The notes beneath the pieces were generated by a model. The model ran no database searches. It worked only from the letters and a program-made list of their open reading frames with translations, and was not told where the DNA came from. Both the position numbers and the translations under genes were made by a program. A stretch of 64,000 bases of DNA, taken from assembly GCA_934277605.1 (NCBI GenBank), contig CAKQVD010000003.1:3503-67502 (forward strand), read 5' to 3'. The DNA comes from an uncultured Anaerotignum sp. GTDB lineage: Bacteria > Bacillota > Clostridia > Lachnospirales > Anaerotignaceae. Positions 58,316 to 64,000 of the stretch are shown here, piece by piece; the stretch's first letter is position 1, and every line of letters begins with the position of its first letter.

Positions 58316-59500
58316 ATGAAAGAGTTTGAATTAAAATATGGCTGCAATCCAAACCAGAAGCCTGCAAAAATCTTTATGGAGGATGGCAGTGATTTGCCCA
58401 TCGAAATTCTTTGTGGCAGGCCGGGCTATATCAATTTTTTGGATGCGTTTAACAGTTGGCAGTTGGTAAAGGAAATCAAAGAGGCATTGGGTATACCTGC
58501 GGCAACCTCCTTTAAGCACGTTAGCCCCACCTCTGCGGCAGTCGGCACACCAATGAGTGATGCGCTGAAAAAGGCTTGCTTTGTGGATGATATCGAAGAT
58601 TTGGATGCTTCCCCGCTTGCACTGGCTTACGCAAGAGCCAGAGGGACAGACAGAATGTCCTCCTTCGGCGACTGGATTGCGCTGAGCGATGTTTGTGATG
58701 CAACAACCGCAAGGCTGATTAAAAGAGAGGTTTCCGACGGCATTATTGCGCCCGGCTACACAGAGGAAGCACTGGAAATTCTGAAAACAAAGAAAAAAGG
58801 CAACTATAATATCGTTAAAATCGATCCTAATTATGTGCCTGCCGTGCAGGAAAAGAAGCAGGTGTTCGGCATTACCTTTGAACAGGGCAGAAATAACTTT
58901 GCCATCAATAAAGCTCTTTTGGAAAATGTGGTAACCGAAAACAAGAATCTGCCCGAGGAGGCAAAGCGTGACCTGATTATCGCATTGATTACACTGAAAT
59001 ATACACAGTCCAACTCCGTATGCTTTGCAAAGGACGGACAGGCCATCGGTGTTGGCGCAGGGCAGCAGTCCAGAATCCATTGCACCAGATTGGCAGGCAA
59101 TAAAGCAGATATCTGGCACCTCAGACAGCATGAAAAGGTATTAAATCTGCCTTTCCTGCCTACTGTCGGCCGCCCCGATAGAGATAACACCATTGATATT
59201 TATATCTCCGATGATTACGAGGATGTTTTGGCTGAAGGTACATGGCAGACATTGTTCTCCGAAAAGCCCGAACCTCTGACAAAGGAGGAAAAGAAGGCAT
59301 ATCTTTCCACAATCAAGGGTGTAGCGCTTGGCTCTGATGCCTTCTTCCCCTTCGGCGACAATATTGAACGTGCGGCAAAGAGCGGCGTAAGCTATATCGC
59401 AGAGCCCGGCGGCTCCATTCGGGATGATAATGTGATTGAAACCTGCAATAAATTCGGCATGGCAATGGCATTCACAGGCATGAGATTGTTCCATCACTAA
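58316..59500 (+). CDS. purH: Phosphoribosylaminoimidazolecarboxamide formyltransferase (AICARFT-only PurH, no MGS-like IMP cyclohydrolase domain)
   Basis: LKYGCNPNQ and C-terminal PGGSIRD..AMAFTGMRLFHH. 394 aa from ATG 58316. Confidence 0.85.
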   Translation: MKEFELKYGCNPNQKPAKIFMEDGSDLPIEILCGRPGYINFLDAFNSWQLVKEIKEALGIPAATSFKHVSPTSAAVGTPMSDALKKACFVDDIEDLDASPLALAYARARGTDRMSSFGDWIALSDVCDATTARLIKREVSDGIIAPGYTEEALEILKTKKKGNYNIVKIDPNYVPAVQEKKQVFGITFEQGRNNFAINKALLENVVTENKNLPEEAKRDLIIALITLKYTQSNSVCFAKDGQAIGVGAGQQSRIHCTRLAGNKADIWHLRQHEKVLNLPFLPTVGRPDRDNTIDIYISDDYEDVLAEGTWQTLFSEKPEPLTKEEKKAYLSTIKGVALGSDAFFPFGDNIERAAKSGVSYIAEPGGSIRDDNVIETCNKFGMAMAFTGMRLFHH

Positions 59501-59520
59501 TCGGGAAAGGAGCGGATAGA

Positions 59521-60783
59521 ATGAAAATTATGGTAGTCGGTGGCGGCGGCAGAGAGCATGCCATCATTAAAAAAATCAAAGAAAACCCCGCAGTGACAGA
59601 GCTGTATGCACTGCCCGGCAACGGCGGCATTGCCAAGGATGCCGTTTGCGTGGATATTGCCGCAAAGGATGTTGACGGCGTGGTTCAATTTGCAAAGGAA
59701 AAGGCAATTGATTTTGCTGTGGTTGCACCGGATGATCCTCTGGTGCTTGGCATGGTGGATGCACTGAATGCAATCGGTATTCCTTGCTTTGGCCCCGATA
59801 AAAAGGCGGCAATTCTGGAGGGCAGCAAGGTGTTCTCCAAAAATCTGATGAAAAAATACGGTATTCCTACGGCAGCGTATGAAGTGTTTGATGATATGGA
59901 AAAGGCATTGGCTTATCTTGAAACCGCACCTCTGCCGACAGTTGTGAAGGCGGATGGCTTGGCATTGGGCAAAGGCGTTATCATTGCGGAAACAAAGGAG
60001 CAGGCACAGGATGCCGTACGCTCTATGATGGCAGATAAGGTGTTCGGCGCAAGCGGCGACCATATCGTTATTGAAGAATTTATGACAGGCCCTGAGGTTT
60101 CCGTTCTTGCCTTCACAGATGGCAAAACAATGGTTCCCATGGTTTCCGCAATGGACCATAAGAGAGCCTTGGATGGAGATAAGGGGCTGAACACCGGCGG
60201 CATGGGTACCATTGCACCCAACCCCTTCTATACTGATGCTGTGGCAAAGGAATGTATGGAAAAGATTTTTGTGCCTACCATGGAGGCAATGAATCAGGAG
60301 GGACGCACCTTTAAGGGCTGCCTGTTCTTCGGTCTGATGATTACACCTGCCGGCCCCAAGGTAATTGAATATAACTGCCGCTTCGGCGATCCCGAAACAC
60401 AGGTGGTTCTGCCCCTGCTGGAAAGCGATTTGCTGACCATCATGCAGGCAGTAGCGGCAGAAAGGCTGGCTGATGTTGAAGTAAAATTCAGCGATAAGGC
60501 GGCTTGCTGTGTCATCATGGCATCCGCAGGCTATCCGCAGAGCTATGAAAAGGGCTTCCCCATCACATTGCCCGAAAAGGATCAGTTGATTTTTGTTGCA
60601 GGCGCAAAGGCGGCAGATGGCAAGCTTTTGACAAACGGCGGTCGTGTGTTGGGCGTAACGGAAATTGCGGATACATTGCCCGAGGCAATCGCAAAAGCCT
60701 ATGACGCTGTGAAAACAGTGAAATTCGACAATGCCTTCTTTAGAAACGATATTGGTAAGAAAGCGCTTGCAGCGGAGGTATAA
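59521..60783 (+). CDS. purD: Phosphoribosylamine--glycine ligase
   Basis: MKIMVVGGGGREHA N-terminus with an ATP-grasp core. Confidence 0.95.
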   Translation: MKIMVVGGGGREHAIIKKIKENPAVTELYALPGNGGIAKDAVCVDIAAKDVDGVVQFAKEKAIDFAVVAPDDPLVLGMVDALNAIGIPCFGPDKKAAILEGSKVFSKNLMKKYGIPTAAYEVFDDMEKALAYLETAPLPTVVKADGLALGKGVIIAETKEQAQDAVRSMMADKVFGASGDHIVIEEFMTGPEVSVLAFTDGKTMVPMVSAMDHKRALDGDKGLNTGGMGTIAPNPFYTDAVAKECMEKIFVPTMEAMNQEGRTFKGCLFFGLMITPAGPKVIEYNCRFGDPETQVVLPLLESDLLTIMQAVAAERLADVEVKFSDKAACCVIMASAGYPQSYEKGFPITLPEKDQLIFVAGAKAADGKLLTNGGRVLGVTEIADTLPEAIAKAYDAVKTVKFDNAFFRNDIGKKALAAEV

Positions 60784-60788
60784 ATAGC

Positions 60789-63700
60789 ATGGTTTATAGA
60801 ATTTATGTAGAAAAAAAACAGGGCTTAACTGCAGAGGCAGATGCTCTGAAAAATGATATCGTCAATCTGTTGGGTATTCATGGCTTGACAGGTCTGCGTC
60901 TGCTGAATCGTTATGATGCAGAGCAGTTGGATAAGGATTTGTTTGATTACTGCACAAGGGCTGTTTTCTCTGAACCCCAGCTGGATGATTTGAGAGAAGA
61001 AATCCCCACAGATGGTGCGGCTGTGTTTGCAGTGGAATATCTGCCCGGTCAGTTTGACCAGAGAGCAAATTCTGCGGCAGAATGTATTCAGATTATTTCC
61101 AAGCAGGAAAGACCATTGATTAAAACCGCAAAGGTTTATGTTCTGTATGGCAATCTGAGCAAGGAGGATGTTGAGGAAATCAAGAAATACCTCATCAACC
61201 CTGTGGAATCCAGAGAGGCATCCTTGGATGCGTTTGAAACACTGGATGTAAAATATGAAATTCCCACAGAGGTTGCAACCGTGGAGGGCTTCTGTGAAAT
61301 GGATGAAGCGGCATTAGCGGCTTATATCAAGAATATGGGTCTGGCAATGGATTTGGATGATATCAAGGTTTGTCAGAATTATTTCCTGAGCGAGCAGAGA
61401 GATCCCACAATTACAGAAATCAAAATGATTGATACCTATTGGTCCGATCACTGCCGTCATACCACCTTCCTCACAACCATTGACAGCATCAAATTTGAGG
61501 ATGAAACCTTGCAGGCTGCATATCAGGAATATCTTGTAACCAGAGAGGCAATCGGCAGAACAAAGCCCATCAATTTGATGGATATGGGTACGATTGTGGC
61601 AAAATTCCTCAAAAAAGAGGGCAAGCTTGATAAGCTGGATGAATCCGAGGAAATCAATGCCTGCACCGTTAAAATTGATGTAGACGTAGAAGGCAAAACA
61701 GAAAAATGGCTCCTGCTGTTTAAAAATGAAACCCATAATCATCCTACGGAAATTGAACCCTTTGGCGGTGCGGCAACCTGTGTGGGCGGTGCCATTCGTG
61801 ACCCTCTGAGCGGACGCTCCTATGTATATGCCGCAATGCGTGTAACCGGTGCAGGCAACCCCCTGACACCCGTTTCCGAAACACTGCGCGGCAAGCTGCC
61901 CCAGAGAAAAATCGTGACAACTGCGGCAGCAGGCTATAGCTCCTATGGCAACCAGATTGGTCTGGCAACCGGACAGGTGGATGAGCTGTACCATGACGGC
62001 TATGTTGCAAAGAGAATGGAAATCGGTGCGGTAATTGCGGCTGCGCCTGCGGAAAATGTACGCAGAGAACGCCCCGTTGACAGCGATATCGTTATCCTTT
62101 TGGGCGGCAAAACAGGGCGTGACGGCTGTGGCGGTGCAACAGGCTCCTCCAAGTCTCACACACTGGAATCCTTGGAAAGCTGCGGTGCAGAGGTACAGAA
62201 GGGCAATGCTCCCGAAGAAAGAAAGCTGCAAAGATTGTTCCGCAACCCCGAAGCCTCTAAGCTGATTAAGCGTTGTAACGACTTCGGCGCAGGCGGCGTT
62301 TCCGTTGCTATCGGCGAATTGGCGGATGGTCTGGAAATTGATTTGAACGCGGTTCCCAAAAAATATGATGGCTTGGATGGTACAGAGCTTGCGATTTCCG
62401 AATCTCAGGAAAGAATGGCTGTTGTTGTTGCGGCAGAGGATGTTGCACGCTTCAAAGAGCTTGCTTATGCAGAAAATCTGGAAGCAACCGTTGTTGCAAG
62501 GGTAACAGAAAAGCCTTATCTCGTTATGAACTGGAATGGCAAGCAGATTGTAAATATCTCCCGTGCATTCTTGGATTCCAACGGTGCAGAAAAGCATATC
62601 GACATTATGCCCGACGCTCCTAAGCCTTTTGCAAAGGAAATCCCTGCGGATTTCAAAAAGGGCTATCTGGATTTGGCACAGGACTTGAACGTATGCTCTA
62701 AGAGAGGCCTTTCCGAAAGATTTGACTCCACCATCGGCGCAGGCACAGTTTTGATGCCCTTCGGCGGTAAAAATCAGAAAACACCCATTCAGGCTATGGT
62801 AAATAAGGTATCCGTTGAAAAGAAGGATACCACCACCTGCTCTCTGATGGCATGGGGCTATAACCCCTTCATTGCGGAAAACAGCCCTTATCACAGTGCA
62901 TATCTGGCAGTTGTGGAATCTGTTGCAAAGCTGGTGGCAACAGGTGCAAAATTTGAGGATGTTTATCTTTCCTTCCAGGAATATTTTGAAAAGCCCATGA
63001 AGGACGGCAAGCGTTGGGGCAAGCCTCTGGCAGCACTGTTGGGTGCATTCATGGCACAGAAGGGCTTGGAAATTGCGGCAATCGGCGGCAAGGACTCCAT
63101 GAGCGGTACCTTTGAGCATATCGATGTACCACCCACATTGGTTTCCTTTGCAGTAACAACAGATAGCATTAAAAACATCATTTCTCCCGAATTTAAGGGC
63201 GAAGGACATCAGGTTGTTCTGTTGAAGCCCGAATATGATAAAGAAGGTCTGCCCACCACAGATAGCCTGAAAAAGCTGTTTGATGTGGTAACCGGCTTGA
63301 TGAGAGAGGGCAAGGTTGCCGCAGCCTATACACCCACCTATGGCGGCGTAGCTGAGGCAATTTTGAAAATGACAATGGGTAATGATATCGGCTTTACCTA
63401 TGCAGAGGGGGTAAGCAAGGCGGATATCTTCGGCTATCACTACGGTGCATTTGTTCTGGAGCTGACAGGCGATGCAGAGGTTGGCACACTGCTTGGTACC
63501 ACAGGCGGCAAGGCAATCGTCTGCGGCAGCGAAAGCATTGCCCTTGAGGAAATCTTTGCAGCTTATGAAAATAAACTGGAGGAAATCTATCCCATGCACA
63601 CAGCGGCAGAGGAAAAGAAGGAAATTCCTACATTCACAACAAAGGCAGAGGGTATTTCCTATCACGCAAAAACAGCAGTTGCAAAGCCTCGTGTGCTGAT

Positions 63701-64000
63701 TCCCGTATTCCCCGGTACAAACTGCGAATTTGATTCCGCAAAGGCAGTGGAGCGTGCAGGTGCAGAGGCAAATATCTTTGTCATCAACAACCTTTCCGCA
63801 GCAGGCATTGCAGATTCCATTGACCGCTTTGCAAAGGAAGTGAAGCAGGCACAGACCATCTTCATTCCCGGCGGCTTCTCCGGCGGCGATGAACCCGATG
63901 GCTCCGGTAAGTTCATCACAGCATTCTTCCGTAACCCCGAAATCAAGGAGGCTGTCACAGCACACCTGAAGGAGAAGGATGGCTTGATGATTGGTATTTG
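60789..64000 (+). CDS. purL: Phosphoribosylformylglycinamidine synthase, single-chain large type (3' end beyond the window)
   Basis: Not in the supplied track because no stop is reached. ATG 60789 gives MVYRIYVEKKQGLTAEADALKNDI.., open to the window end. Contains TYWSDHCRHTTF, FKNETHNHPTEIEPFGGAAT, and the start of the glutaminase domain (GLMIGIC..) at the last codons. Confidence 0.9.
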   Translation, partial: MVYRIYVEKKQGLTAEADALKNDIVNLLGIHGLTGLRLLNRYDAEQLDKDLFDYCTRAVFSEPQLDDLREEIPTDGAAVFAVEYLPGQFDQRANSAAECIQIISKQERPLIKTAKVYVLYGNLSKEDVEEIKKYLINPVESREASLDAFETLDVKYEIPTEVATVEGFCEMDEAALAAYIKNMGLAMDLDDIKVCQNYFLSEQRDPTITEIKMIDTYWSDHCRHTTFLTTIDSIKFEDETLQAAYQEYLVTREAIGRTKPINLMDMGTIVAKFLKKEGKLDKLDESEEINACTVKIDVDVEGKTEKWLLLFKNETHNHPTEIEPFGGAATCVGGAIRDPLSGRSYVYAAMRVTGAGNPLTPVSETLRGKLPQRKIVTTAAAGYSSYGNQIGLATGQVDELYHDGYVAKRMEIGAVIAAAPAENVRRERPVDSDIVILLGGKTGRDGCGGATGSSKSHTLESLESCGAEVQKGNAPEERKLQRLFRNPEASKLIKRCNDFGAGGVSVAIGELADGLEIDLNAVPKKYDGLDGTELAISESQERMAVVVAAEDVARFKELAYAENLEATVVARVTEKPYLVMNWNGKQIVNISRAFLDSNGAEKHIDIMPDAPKPFAKEIPADFKKGYLDLAQDLNVCSKRGLSERFDSTIGAGTVLMPFGGKNQKTPIQAMVNKVSVEKKDTTTCSLMAWGYNPFIAENSPYHSAYLAVVESVAKLVATGAKFEDVYLSFQEYFEKPMKDGKRWGKPLAALLGAFMAQKGLEIAAIGGKDSMSGTFEHIDVPPTLVSFAVTTDSIKNIISPEFKGEGHQVVLLKPEYDKEGLPTTDSLKKLFDVVTGLMREGKVAAAYTPTYGGVAEAILKMTMGNDIGFTYAEGVSKADIFGYHYGAFVLELTGDAEVGTLLGTTGGKAIVCGSESIALEEIFAAYENKLEEIYPMHTAAEEKKEIPTFTTKAEGISYHAKTAVAKPRVLIPVFPGTNCEFDSAKAVERAGAEANIFVINNLSAAGIADSIDRFAKEVKQAQTIFIPGGFSGGDEPDGSGKFITAFFRNPEIKEAVTAHLKEKDGLMIGI

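Noticed and set aside
61314-63965. 883-aa ORF on the minus strand
   Set aside because: It is in exact antisense register with purL (plus strand, ATG 60789), which has unmistakable FGAM synthase motifs. The product is Cys/Gly/Ala/Phe-rich with no motifs or RBS, so it is a shadow ORF caused by avoidance of TTA/CTA/TCA codons.

Overview
I found no defence island, mobile element, CRISPR array, tRNA/rRNA gene or obviously new multi-gene system; this reads as an ordinary core-genome window from an endospore-forming Clostridia-type Bacillota genome (taxon is inference only). All calls are by eye from the sequence and ORF track, with no searches run, and hairpin or motif coordinates are good to a few nt. 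Left to right, the housekeeping genes are: NCS2 nucleobase permease (5' partial), phosphofructokinase with the PPi-type signature, GH13 alpha-glucosidase, RluA-family pseudouridine synthase, clpC, radA, pyruvate carboxylase, class A PBP plus a parvulin PPIase, folC, mltG, an O-methyltransferase/U32 pair, MarR, two tandem GAPDH paralogs, a KdpE/KdpD-like pair, a DAP-decarboxylase-like gene, a DMT transporter, proS, an M29 aminopeptidase, an NlpC/P60 hydrolase and an ABC ATPase/permease pair. Sporulation genes are interspersed: a BofC-like gene, yunB, an intact sigK, and spoIIAA-spoIIAB-sigF. Two large nucleotide-biosynthesis operons close the window: pyrC-carB-pyrK-pyrD-pyrF-pyrE-pyrB-pyrI on the minus strand, and purE-purM-purN-purO-like-purH-purD-purL on the plus strand, the last running off the window end. 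Recognisable RNA elements are a proline (CCU) T-box leader before proS and a ZTP (pfl-motif) riboswitch before the pur operon. The items most worth a second look are modest. They are a shared GGGACA/(T/C)GTCCCAC inverted-repeat motif at the promoters of both gap paralogs (related copy before pfk), and a gap paralog lacking the NAD-specifying Asp. Also notable are a pyr operon without carA or a PyrR leader, and a split purH (PurO-type cyclohydrolase plus AICARFT-only protein). Smaller candidates are an orphan promoter-to-terminator unit (possible sRNA), a self-contained 33-aa hydrophobic peptide gene, and three uncharacterised proteins. The many very long antisense ORFs are shadows caused by avoidance of TTA/CTA/TCA codons.
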